A stretch of DNA of 32,000 nt from Pyrobaculum calidifontis JCM 11548 (GTDB taxonomy: Archaea > Thermoproteota > Thermoprotei > Thermoproteales > Thermoproteaceae): NCBI RefSeq assembly GCF_000015805.1, contig NC_009073.1, positions 480,001 through 512,000 on the forward strand. The letters are read 5' to 3'. Shown piece after piece: positions 15,158 to 23,447 of the stretch. Each line of letters begins with the position of its first letter. Within the stretch, counting starts at the first letter, position 1. A model generated the notes under the pieces. It saw only the letters and a list, made by a program, of their open reading frames with translations. It made no database searches and was not told where the DNA came from. The translations under genes and the position numbers were made by a program.

Positions 15158-17010
15158 TTCTCTTCACAATTTTCGCACCGCTCATAATGTCTATCGTGTC
15201 TCTATTTAGCACTTCTGAGAAGTTCAAGGCCTGGGCCGTGACCTTAGGGACCTTTATCTCGGCGCTGTTAGCCACATACGCCTACTTCGCCGTATCGCCC
15301 GGCGTATATGGATTTGACTGGATCAAGGCAATAGGCGCTAGAGTCGAGCTGTGGATTAACTGGACTAGTTTGACGATGGGCCTCTTAGTGGCGTGGCTTG
15401 TAGCCGCAATATCGCTCTACTCCGTTAAATACATGGAGGGGGACTACAGGCCGGGGTGGTACTGGTTCTTCTTCGGCTTTTTCGCCACGTCGATGCTCAT
15501 AATAGTCTACGCCGGTAATCTCTGGTTCTTGCTTGTGGGCTGGGAGGGGGTCGGCCTAGCGTCGTGGGCCTTAATAGGCCACTGGTACCGCGACGAATAC
15601 GACAAGTGGGTTGGAAAAGAGGAGAAAGTCGCCGGAGTCCCCTACTGGTGGACGCCCAGCAAGGCGGGACTCCGCGCCATATTAACCGTCAGATTCGGCG
15701 ACGCGTTTTTCCTAGTCGCCATAGCCCTATTCTACGTACTCACGGGTACAGTATCTCTAAGCGGGCTCATGTCTCCTCCTGCCCTAGATGCGCTTAAGCA
15801 ACTGGGCGTTGTGCCACTACTATTCTTCGCCCTAGGGCCGTTCACTAAGTCCGCCCAATTCCCATTCCACGAATGGTTGTTGACGGCTATGACAGGCCCC
15901 ACAAGCGTGTCCGCGCTGATCCACGCCGCCACCATGGTCAAGGCCGGCGTATATGTGCTCATAGTAACTGCGCCCATCTTCGCGGTGGTCAAAGGCTCCG
16001 AGCTGTATTTCACGGTAGTGATGTGGGTAGGTGTCGCCACGGCTCTCTTGGCCACAATAATTGCGTTAACCTCTATGGAGTTTAAGCTAGTCCTCGCGGG
16101 CTCTACTGCGGCCAACCTCGGCATAATAGCCGCCGCCACGGGGGCCGCCGGCGTTTTAGGACTGCATGAGACACAGTTGTTAAACGCGCTACTGTTCTTC
16201 GCCTTTTTGCACATCGTTGGCCACGCAGTTTCTAAGGCGTCTTTATTCATGGGGTTTGGCGCAGTTATACACGAGGCCGGCACCAGGTTTCTCGGGGAGG
16301 TTGGAAAACTCTGGCGCCACATGAAGATCACCGCAGTGGCCATGGTCCTCTCTATGTTAAGCTTGGTGGGTATACCGCCCTTTGTGGGCTATATAACAAA
16401 GGACTTGGCGCTTGAGAACGTGTTTGAGGCTGGCCACGTGTTGGGGGTTGAGGCTTTGGCGGCCTTGTTGTACATCCTCTTGTTCTTGACGCCCATATAT
16501 GGGCTACGCCTCATTGGTCTCACGTTCTTCCACGGAAAAGAGCCAGAGGAAGTGCACGAGGCACCAGTTCTAATGTGGCTACCCTACACAGCGCTGGCCC
16601 TTGCCACAATTGTGCTCGGGACCTACTTCGCCGTTTCTATTAAGTTCCCACTTACGGAGGCCTTAGTCGCCGTGCTCCTCGGCTTTTTAACTGGCTTTGT
16701 GTTGTACATAGCGCTTCCTGGGTTTAAGTCTGAGACTTTGAGACCTTTGTGGGAATTTGCATATCGCAGATTCTACTTGCCCATCTTATACGACGGCGTA
16801 TTTCCGTGGCTGTATACGTGGTTTGCCAAGTTTATATTTGTGGTATTCGACAAGGGGCTGTTCGACGGCTTGTACCACAACGTGTTGCCGGGCCTCTTCG
16901 GCGCTGTGTCCAACTGGCTTAGGCGGCTAGTGGCTGGGGCTTTGAACATATACCTCTTGTACGCCATCGTGGGGATATTGATAACACTCCTCCTCTTGGT
17001 AGTGGCATGA
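15148..17010 (+). CDS. nuoL: NADH-quinone oxidoreductase subunit L
   Basis: 620 aa. FHEWLLTAMTGPTSVSALIHAATMVKAGVY matches the NuoL signature (PTPVSALIHAATMVTAGVY), and there is a long C-terminal extension. Confidence 0.9.
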   Translation: MEVILFTIFAPLIMSIVSLFSTSEKFKAWAVTLGTFISALLATYAYFAVSPGVYGFDWIKAIGARVELWINWTSLTMGLLVAWLVAAISLYSVKYMEGDYRPGWYWFFFGFFATSMLIIVYAGNLWFLLVGWEGVGLASWALIGHWYRDEYDKWVGKEEKVAGVPYWWTPSKAGLRAILTVRFGDAFFLVAIALFYVLTGTVSLSGLMSPPALDALKQLGVVPLLFFALGPFTKSAQFPFHEWLLTAMTGPTSVSALIHAATMVKAGVYVLIVTAPIFAVVKGSELYFTVVMWVGVATALLATIIALTSMEFKLVLAGSTAANLGIIAAATGAAGVLGLHETQLLNALLFFAFLHIVGHAVSKASLFMGFGAVIHEAGTRFLGEVGKLWRHMKITAVAMVLSMLSLVGIPPFVGYITKDLALENVFEAGHVLGVEALAALLYILLFLTPIYGLRLIGLTFFHGKEPEEVHEAPVLMWLPYTALALATIVLGTYFAVSIKFPLTEALVAVLLGFLTGFVLYIALPGFKSETLRPLWEFAYRRFYLPILYDGVFPWLYTWFAKFIFVVFDKGLFDGLYHNVLPGLFGAVSNWLRRLVAGALNIYLLYAIVGILITLLLLVVA

Positions 17011-18242
17011 TAGTCGAAATCCTCTACCTGGTTATAGCACTGTCGCTTACGGCGCCTCTGGTGTGGAGACTAGATGGGCGGTATATCTCCTTGGCGACGT
17101 CTATTGTGTTAATGGCGCTATCTGTCTACTACAAGCTCCCCGTGGGCGTCCTCTTGTCAGTTCTGGCCCTGTCGCTGTCGCTGGACTGGCGCTGGGGTCC
17201 CTTCGGCGTTGCCCTATCTTTCTCCGCAGTAGCCGCGGTCCTGGCAACATATGTGTACTACGCTGGGCAGTCCATTGTCTACGGCTTACTCGCGTTGGCT
17301 TTGGTCACAGCCGCCGTCTACGGCTTATTGGCCATGGATAGGCGCAGGGAGAACGTAGAGGGCGCCGTTAAATACCTAGTGTTCTCTGGCATAGGCAAAG
17401 TCCTCATAGTCGCCGGGTACGTGATAGCCGTCTCTGGGTGGTGGCAGGGGGCCTATCTACTGGTGCTGGGCTTCTTGTTTGAACTAGGCATTGTCCCCTT
17501 CCACGCGTGGGTGGTGGACGCGTATGCCTTGGGCACTCCCCGGGGCGTGGCGGCGCTTACCGCGTTCAGCAAGTTGACTGCGTTGTACGTCCTTTTGGCA
17601 ATATTTAGGCAGCTTGGCGGCGTTCCCAGCCACATAGGTGCCGTGGCTCTAATCGTGGCGCTGGCCTCAATGCTTGTGGCTAATGTGGCCGGCTTGACGG
17701 CGAAGACCTTGGGCAGAGTCATGGCGTACTCCTCCGTGGCCCACATGTCGTATGCATTGACGGCTGTTGCACTAGTCTGGTGGCTCGGCGACAGGCCCAC
17801 CTCGCTGTTTGGAGTCCCAGTACGTGCCTCAGACGTGGCGGCCCTCACCGTTGTACTAGAAGCGCTAACCTCCGGCATCGCTAAGTCGGGAGTCTTTGGG
17901 TACTTGCCCACCAGTCTCTCAGACGTTCTGCCCCCAAGAAGGAGTGTATTAAACGTGGCCAACGTCTTCTCGCTCTTGGGCCTACCGCCGCTGTTGGGCT
18001 TTTGGCCCAAGCTGTTCCTAGTCCTCCTAGTCCTCTCCTACCCCGCCACGTGGCTCTCTGTTTTCCTAGTGTCGTGGATCGTGTTAAACAGCGCAACCGC
18101 AACCCCGTACTACCTAAGAGCAATTAGGATGGTGGCAGAGGCTCCAAGCCCCGTAGCTGACAACGTGACCTCGGCGTATACCGCCCTGGCATCCGTGGCC
18201 GTAGGGTTGTTGATGCCACTAATTGTGTATATACTAGCCTAG
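17007..18242 (+). CDS. nuoN: NADH-quinone oxidoreductase subunit N
   Basis: 411-aa polytopic protein. VPFHAWVVDAYALGTPRGVAALTAFSK resembles the NuoN motif (PFH.W.PDVY.GAPTP..AF). ATGA overlap with nuoL. Confidence 0.8.
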   Translation: MIVEILYLVIALSLTAPLVWRLDGRYISLATSIVLMALSVYYKLPVGVLLSVLALSLSLDWRWGPFGVALSFSAVAAVLATYVYYAGQSIVYGLLALALVTAAVYGLLAMDRRRENVEGAVKYLVFSGIGKVLIVAGYVIAVSGWWQGAYLLVLGFLFELGIVPFHAWVVDAYALGTPRGVAALTAFSKLTALYVLLAIFRQLGGVPSHIGAVALIVALASMLVANVAGLTAKTLGRVMAYSSVAHMSYALTAVALVWWLGDRPTSLFGVPVRASDVAALTVVLEALTSGIAKSGVFGYLPTSLSDVLPPRRSVLNVANVFSLLGLPPLLGFWPKLFLVLLVLSYPATWLSVFLVSWIVLNSATATPYYLRAIRMVAEAPSPVADNVTSAYTALASVAVGLLMPLIVYILA

Positions 18243-18278
18243 CGCCCTTATAAATATATAAATTCCCACGGCTGTTAT

Positions 18279-18575
18279 TTACAACGGCGTAAATTTTGCG
18301 GAGCAGACGTCTCTCAATGGAGGTGGCGATTCTGCCCCTAGATAGCCGCCTGCTAAATAGGAGAGCACGACTTCTGGCGCCACTTTCCCAAAGTACATAT
18401 ACTCCAGCCCGGTGGCTAGCCCAAAGGCGGCCACGGAGATCAACGAGGTGCCTACTGCGAGCCTAGTATCTAGACCTGCCACATATATCAACGTCGGTAC
18501 TATGAGAAAGCCTCCTCCAATTCCAAAAAATCCGCTGAGAAATCCGACCAAGAGGCCGAAAAGCTCTATTTTCAC
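18279..18575 (-). CDS. TauE/SafE family, C-terminal half, apparently lacking the last TM helix (possible gene fragment)
   Basis: 98 aa. Contains the SGFFGIGGGFLIVPTL repeat-2 motif but only ~3 TM helices, and it ends in a non-hydrophobic tail AESPPPLRDVCSAKFTPL. An alternative frame after the GGGG run at ~18326-18329 reads GRIATSIERRLLRKIYAVV, which looks more TauE-like, so a frameshift is possible. Confidence 0.5.
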   Translation of the reverse strand: MKIELFGLLVGFLSGFFGIGGGFLIVPTLIYVAGLDTRLAVGTSLISVAAFGLATGLEYMYFGKVAPEVVLSYLAGGYLGAESPPPLRDVCSAKFTPL

Positions 18576-18985
18576 AGAGCTACGTGGAGCAGACGCCTTG
18601 GTCTCTGCCTCCTTTTCCTTTGTAAAAACATTGAGAGCCCTATCGCCACCATGGCCACAGCGAACGCGGCCAGTAAGACGGTGCCAGAGGTCAAGTGGCC
18701 AACGTAGGCGCCGACTGTGGACCCCAAGACGCCGAATGTAGCAAAGAGAGTCCCCACTCTAGCGCTGAGGTTTCTCCTTCTTAGGTGGTATATGGAGTTT
18801 ATAAGTGCGTTTAATCCCACGGCCATTGCGGTGGACCCGACAGCTATGTGAACCGCGTCTGGCACCTCTTGAAGCCCCACGAAATACAGCAACAGTGGTA
18901 CTGCGAGAATTGACCCGCCCCCGCCTATTAGGCCTAGAGAAAAACCCACAAAAAGCCCCGAGACTGCGGATAGGGTTATCTGCAC
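18572..18985 (-). CDS. TauE/SafE (DUF81) anion-exporter family, N-terminal 4-TM half
   Basis: 137 aa, GTG start. Contains the LGLIGGGGSILAVPLL repeat-1 motif and 4 predicted TM helices. It ends in a basic loop (QRKRRQRPRR). Its stop overlaps the GTG of the next ORF (GTGA). Confidence 0.65.
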   Translation of the reverse strand: MQITLSAVSGLFVGFSLGLIGGGGSILAVPLLLYFVGLQEVPDAVHIAVGSTAMAVGLNALINSIYHLRRRNLSARVGTLFATFGVLGSTVGAYVGHLTSGTVLLAAFAVAMVAIGLSMFLQRKRRQRPRRLLHVAL

Positions 18986-19050
18986 AGTGGAAAGTATGGG
19001 GCATACTTTTTCCTAACATTAAGTTTTATAGGAGAGATATTTCCAGGGGT

Positions 19051-19599
19051 ATGCCCGTGGAGAGGACCTTGGTCATATTGAAGCCAGATGCGGTGGCTAG
19101 GAGACTCGTCGGCGAGATAATTTCGAGGTTTGAGAAAGCCGGGCTTAGAATTGTGGGTCTGAAGATGGTGAAGTCCAGCGCCGAGCAGATAGAGAGGTTT
19201 TACCCGTCGTCAGAGGAGTGGCTTAAGTCTGTTGGAACTAAGTTGCTTAAGGCATATCAAGAGCTCGGTATAAGCCCCAGGGAGAGGTTGGGCACAGATG
19301 ACCCAGTGGAGGTGGGGAAGATGGTTAAGAAGAAGCTAGTGGAGTACATGACTTCTGGCCCCATTGTAGCAATGGTTCTAGAGGGGAACAGGGCGGTGGA
19401 AGTGGTGAGGAAACTTGTGGGGCCCACGTCCCCCCACTCTGCGCCGCCTGGCACTATTAGGGGGGACTACTCCATTGACTCGCCGGATTTGGCCGCAGAG
19501 GAGGGCAGAGTAGTTTACAACCTTGTACACGCGTCAGACAGCGCGTCTGAGGCTGAGAGAGAAATACGGTTTTGGTTCAAGCCCGAGGAACTGGTTTAG
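19051..19599 (+). CDS. ndk: Nucleoside diphosphate kinase with lineage-specific insertion
   Basis: MPVERTLVILKPDAV...GPTSP..APPGTIRGDY...NLVHASDS (catalytic His in NLVHAS). TATA-like AAGTTTTATAGG (19021-19032) is ~24 nt upstream of ATG 19051. The track start 18805 is an antisense-overlap artefact. Confidence 0.9.
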   Translation: MPVERTLVILKPDAVARRLVGEIISRFEKAGLRIVGLKMVKSSAEQIERFYPSSEEWLKSVGTKLLKAYQELGISPRERLGTDDPVEVGKMVKKKLVEYMTSGPIVAMVLEGNRAVEVVRKLVGPTSPHSAPPGTIRGDYSIDSPDLAAEEGRVVYNLVHASDSASEAEREIRFWFKPEELV

Positions 19600-20000
19600 G
19601 CGATCTTAACCTCGTAGGCGTAGACGACAACGGCGACCCTCGGCAATACTCTCCGCCTCTTAGCCACTGGAACCACTGCAAGAACTGGGCCTGAAAGTGT
19701 TCGATCAGTCACTCTGAGCTTGACCTTTTTGTTGCACACCACGCCTTCTAACACGCCGTTTTTTACTTCGCCCTCAATTACATTGCCTATGTGTTGAAAG
19801 AAGTAGTCTACTAGGCTTATCTTTGTTAAATTTATCAAAGCCACGCCGCCCCCAGCCCTAATTGCCACAGCCTTAAAGGGGGGCTCTTCGTTTGTGGGGA
19901 GTTCCATAAGCCTAACGCGGATTTGGCCACACTCAGGCGGGCTTGTTGCCACGTAGTAGAGCCCGGGGAGAGGCCCTTTTGCCAAGGCCAACAACTCCAC
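19596..20000 (-). CDS. Hypothetical protein (134 aa)
   Basis: GTG 20000 is ~21 nt downstream of the minus-strand TATA-like CTTAAAAC (plus coordinates ~20022-20029). Its end overlaps the ndk stop by 4 nt (convergent). No family recognised. Confidence 0.5.
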   Translation of the reverse strand: MELLALAKGPLPGLYYVATSPPECGQIRVRLMELPTNEEPPFKAVAIRAGGGVALINLTKISLVDYFFQHIGNVIEGEVKNGVLEGVVCNKKVKLRVTDRTLSGPVLAVVPVAKRRRVLPRVAVVVYAYEVKIA

Positions 20001-20038
20001 GCCCCTTACTACGCCGGGGGTTTTAAGGGCTAGGGAAA

Positions 20039-20075
20039 GTTCACGACGATTGACACGCAGTGAACTTCAGTTCAC
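20039..20075. repeat. Three-part inverted repeat GTTCAC / GTGAAC / GTTCAC (mutually exclusive hairpins)
   Basis: GTTCAC 20039-20044, GTGAAC 20060-20065, GTTCAC 20070-20075. The middle arm can pair with either outer arm (15-nt loop or 4-nt loop). It lies in the 113-nt gap between the KaiC-like gene stop and the next gene start. Confidence 0.5.
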
Positions 20076-20113
20076 CATGTGAGCTACGCCGTCTGTAAAA
20101 CTTTTTAAGAGGG

Positions 20114-21133
20114 TCACTCTAATGCAATAGGTAGCCCCACCACGTCCGTGGGCTCTGGGGATTTCTCGAGGCGAATTGTCTCGCGTGAAACGTAGAAGAT
20201 GTAGTCGTAGTCGGACATAGGCGGCGGCGTAGTGTAGACGTCGATCCAAACCACGTCTGGCCGTCTAAATTCTCTAAAGAACTTTGGCACCACTTCTGCG
20301 TCTAGCACAACTACATACTCTGCGTCGTGTTTAACCGCGTAGTGCTCAAGGCGGAGGTGTTCCTGTGGCGAAACTAGGTATGTCCTCGCCCTTTTGAAAA
20401 AGTCTCTTTGGTAGGGCTTGTGTATGTACGCCACAGCCTCTGCCACGTCTACAACTCGCGCAGAAACGCCCTGATATGGGCCGTACAGCGCTATTTGGAC
20501 TCCCTTGTAAATTTCGCCGATGAAATTTGCCAAATGCCCAGGGGCGGCAATTTTGCGCGTGGGTTCATGCCGCGGGTAGCGGCTTAAAACTACTGGCCCC
20601 TGGGGCAACACTGCGAGATAGTAGACTGGGGTCGCCACTTCCATCCCCCGTACCTTGACTATTTCCAAGCGCCTAATCGCGGCGCTTTGTATAAACTTTA
20701 TAGATGTCCTAACTATCGTGTCGGCTATATCGGCGAGGGGGTTGTACTTTGTGTCAATGCCTATGGTGCTGTAGAGGCCTACCTTAGAGAGAGCATCCGC
20801 CGTCGCTCTGTCAAAGACAACTGCATCGACGCCGTCTACTACGAGCACCTCGGCCTTCTCCTTGTAGGCCAGATCTACCACTTGGTTAAACAGCGTCTCT
20901 CTATACTGGGGCACAAAGGGGAAGTCGTAAACCGTGATTCGCCCAACGTCCCAGCCGAAGCTTTTCCACATGTTCACTAGAACGTCTCTACTCTCATTGA
21001 AGGAAATCCACACGACTCTTCTCCCCTCATCTGCGAATTGACGCACAATTTCTGAGACGAGCACTGTCTTGCCAGAGCCGCTGGGCCCATACACGAAGCT
21101 TATCCTCTCTGCAAATATCCGCTTAAGATCCAT
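20114..21133 (-). CDS. KaiC/RecA-superfamily ATPase (COG0467-like) with a degenerate second domain
   Basis: Walker A GPSGSGKT and Walker B-like VLVVDGVD in the N-terminal half. The C-terminal half has no intact P-loop (YGPYQGVSA). The track start is TTG 21154. ATG 21133 is ~26 nt from the minus-strand TATA-like AAAATATATATT (21153-21164). Confidence 0.75.
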   Translation of the reverse strand: MDLKRIFAERISFVYGPSGSGKTVLVSEIVRQFADEGRRVVWISFNESRDVLVNMWKSFGWDVGRITVYDFPFVPQYRETLFNQVVDLAYKEKAEVLVVDGVDAVVFDRATADALSKVGLYSTIGIDTKYNPLADIADTIVRTSIKFIQSAAIRRLEIVKVRGMEVATPVYYLAVLPQGPVVLSRYPRHEPTRKIAAPGHLANFIGEIYKGVQIALYGPYQGVSARVVDVAEAVAYIHKPYQRDFFKRARTYLVSPQEHLRLEHYAVKHDAEYVVVLDAEVVPKFFREFRRPDVVWIDVYTTPPPMSDYDYIFYVSRETIRLEKSPEPTDVVGLPIALE

Positions 21134-21202
21134 AAAGCACCCTTTGTCCTCCAATATATATTTTACGTATTTAAAATTACTTTAAAGCACCTCTATCTAC
21201 GC

Positions 21203-22246
21203 GTGGGTCTCGTGACTGTAGTTGTGCCGACGTATAACGAAGCTGAAAATTTGCCAGAGCTCGTGGAGAGACTCCACAGAGCCTTTGGCGGCGTTGGGTA
21301 CGAAGTGGTAGTGGTAGACGACAATAGCCCAGACGGCACGGCCAATACGGCGAGGAGGCTTGGGGAGAGGTACCCAGTCCGCGTAGTCGTCAGAGAGAGG
21401 CGGGCTGGGCTCTCAAGCGCCGTGGTGGAGGGGGCGAGGGCCGCGGAGGGCAACGTGGTAGTTGTCATGGACGCAGATTTACAACACCCGCCCGAGCTGG
21501 CCCCCCAGTTGGCTAAAATCGCCGAGCGGGGGTGTCTTGCAGTTGCGTCTAGGTACGTCAAAGGTGGGAGAGTCGAGGGGTGGAGTCTCTCTAGGAGAGT
21601 GGTGTCTAGGGGCGCGGTGTTGTTGGCCAGGCTTGTGGTGCCGGAGGCCAGGGGAGTTAAAGACCCCGTCTCAGGCTTCTTCGCATATAAGAGAGACTGC
21701 TTGAGGGCAGTGACGCCCACCGGCCTCTACAAGATTCTGCTCGACGTACTCGTGCAGTGTAGACCTCCGTGCGTGGTTGAAGTGCCCTATGTCTTTGGGC
21801 TAAGGACGCGGGGCCGCTCTAAGCTTGGCGCCAAGCACATATTAGACTTCGTAAGACAGATCCTCGCCCTTTCAAAGTGGCGGCCGCTCAAGTTTGCCGC
21901 AGTCGGCGCCACGGGCGTGGCAGTGGCGACAGCCGTGCTCGCCGCGACTAGCTGGATGACGCCTCTGGCCTCCGTGGCGTTGGCGATTGAGATAAGTCTA
22001 ACAACTAACTACTTGCTCAACAGACTGTGGACATTCTCAGAGCGGCATACACCGCTGTTGGCAGGTTGGGCCAAATACCACTTGGCGACCGCCGCCGGCA
22101 ATTTGACTAACTACGCGACAACCCTCGCCCTACACTTTGCTGGCGTGTGGATTTACCTGGCCTACTTAGTAGGCGTGGCGGCTGGCTACTTTGTAAACTA
22201 CGCATTGTCAGAACTCGTGGTCTTCAGCAAACCCCCCGCTCATTAG
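21203..22246 (+). CDS. Dolichyl-phosphate sugar (mannose/glucose) synthase, GT2, fused to a C-terminal GtrA-like membrane domain
   Basis: VVVPTYNEAENL...VVVVDDNSPDGT...VVVMDADLQHPPE is a DPM1-like core. The C-terminal ~120 aa carry 4 TM helices with the GtrA-like motif NYLLNRLWTF. GTG start is ~20 nt from TATA-like CTTTAAAG (21180-21187). Confidence 0.85.
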   Translation: MGLVTVVVPTYNEAENLPELVERLHRAFGGVGYEVVVVDDNSPDGTANTARRLGERYPVRVVVRERRAGLSSAVVEGARAAEGNVVVVMDADLQHPPELAPQLAKIAERGCLAVASRYVKGGRVEGWSLSRRVVSRGAVLLARLVVPEARGVKDPVSGFFAYKRDCLRAVTPTGLYKILLDVLVQCRPPCVVEVPYVFGLRTRGRSKLGAKHILDFVRQILALSKWRPLKFAAVGATGVAVATAVLAATSWMTPLASVALAIEISLTTNYLLNRLWTFSERHTPLLAGWAKYHLATAAGNLTNYATTLALHFAGVWIYLAYLVGVAAGYFVNYALSELVVFSKPPAH

Positions 22247-22403
22247 CTACCTCTGGGGACAGCGGGAGGGCTACCCCCCACAGACACGGCGAGGGCACTC
22301 GGCACATCTTAGATTAACGTATAAGCGGTGGCACGCGGGCCTGCCAACTCGGAAACCCGTCCTACCTTTGGATAAGGTTTTATTCTCTTGGTATTGTCCA
22401 CTT

Positions 22404-23447
22404 GTGAGAGTGTTATTACTTGGCTGTGGCAACATTGGGAGGTACATATACGCCATGTTGTCAAAGCATGAGGTTGTGGCTGTGGACAAGGCTGGGGGTT
22501 GTCCAGGCGCCTTGTCACAAGACGCTTTGGAAGTGCCCTTGGGAGGCTACGACTTGGTGATAAACGCGCTTCCCGGCGCCATCTCTTTTAAGGCCTCGAA
22601 AAGGGCCTTAGAGGCGGGGCTCGACGTAATAGACGTCTCTTTCTACCCAGAGGACCCCTTTGCGCTACATGAAGTTGCGGCAAAGGCTGGGGCTAGATAC
22701 ATCCCCGACGCCGGCGTGGCGCCTGGCCTAAGCAACATGCTTGCTGGGAGAGCTGTGGCCGAGCTAGGTGACGTAGACGAGCTTGGAATCTACGTTGGCG
22801 GAATACCGGAAAGGCCCGTGGGCCCCCTCGGCTATAGTGTGACGTGGAGCCCGGTGGATCTCATAGAGGAGTACACCAGACCTGCACGCGTGTTAAAAGA
22901 CGGCGTTGTGACTGCGGTGGACCCCCTCAGCGAAGTTGAGACAGTGCCGTCCCCCGTGGGGACTTTGGAGGCGTTTTACAGCGACGGCTTAAGGACGCTA
23001 CTGAAAACTCTTGCGGGGAGGGCCAAGACTATGTATGAGAAGACGCTTAGGTGGCCTTCGCACGTAGAAAAGATGCGTCTTCTGAGGGAGTTAGGGTTTC
23101 TGTCTGATCAAGGCGATCCGCCGCCTAGGTTCATCACGGCTAAGTTGCTCTCTAGGCTTAAATTCGATGTGCCAGATCTCGTCTATTTGAAAGTGGTGGC
23201 CGCCAAAGGCGAGAAGAGGGTGCAATATGAGACGTTGGTCAAGCCTAGGGGCGGGTGGACGGCCATGCAGATAGCCACTGGGAGCGTGGCTGTGGCAATG
23301 CAGTACGTCATTAAGGACCTCGACCCGGGCGTGACCCCGCCTGAGTATATAGGCATGTCTACGAAGCTGTTTCCACGTGTAATTTCTGCGATTAAGCAAC
23401 AAGGCGTGAGGATAGCCCAAGAGGTCGTAACCAGGACTGAGCTATGA
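22404..23447 (+). CDS. Saccharopine dehydrogenase-like NAD(P) oxidoreductase
   Basis: The N-terminal VRVLLLGCGNIGRYI Rossmann motif and the length and pattern fit the saccharopine dehydrogenase family. The track start is TTG 22368. GTG 22404 is ~24 nt from TATA-like GGTTTTATTC (22376-22385). Confidence 0.75.
   Translation: MRVLLLGCGNIGRYIYAMLSKHEVVAVDKAGGCPGALSQDALEVPLGGYDLVINALPGAISFKASKRALEAGLDVIDVSFYPEDPFALHEVAAKAGARYIPDAGVAPGLSNMLAGRAVAELGDVDELGIYVGGIPERPVGPLGYSVTWSPVDLIEEYTRPARVLKDGVVTAVDPLSEVETVPSPVGTLEAFYSDGLRTLLKTLAGRAKTMYEKTLRWPSHVEKMRLLRELGFLSDQGDPPPRFITAKLLSRLKFDVPDLVYLKVVAAKGEKRVQYETLVKPRGGWTAMQIATGSVAVAMQYVIKDLDPGVTPPEYIGMSTKLFPRVISAIKQQGVRIAQEVVTRTEL

Noticed and set aside
15732-16343. 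203-aa minus-strand ORF inside nuoL. Similar long antisense ORFs occur at 17453..18010, 21193..21720, 6909..7334, 10183..10632, 9576..9947 and 25641..26111.
   Set aside because: They lie fully within, and antisense to or out of frame with, genes that have strong family signatures. Their compositions are low-complexity and Ala/Arg/Ser/Pro-rich, as expected for shadow ORFs in GC-rich DNA.
18805-19050. Long N-terminal extension of ndk (track start 18805)
   Set aside because: The extension is antisense to the TauE gene and Arg/Pro-rich. The canonical NDK N-terminus (MPVERTLVILKPDA) starts at ATG 19051, with a TATA-like box ~24 nt upstream.
22271-22518. Minus-strand track ORFs 22271..22489 and 22309..22518 in the long spacer
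   Set aside because: They run antisense across a promoter and the start of the downstream gene. They have a Cys/Arg/Pro-rich composition and no upstream TATA-like box at the right distance.
23085-23134. Minus-strand GTGATGA (23134-23128) inside the saccharopine-dehydrogenase-like gene
   Set aside because: There is no credible D', C' or D box at 12-nt spacings downstream. It is an isolated heptamer, expected by chance.
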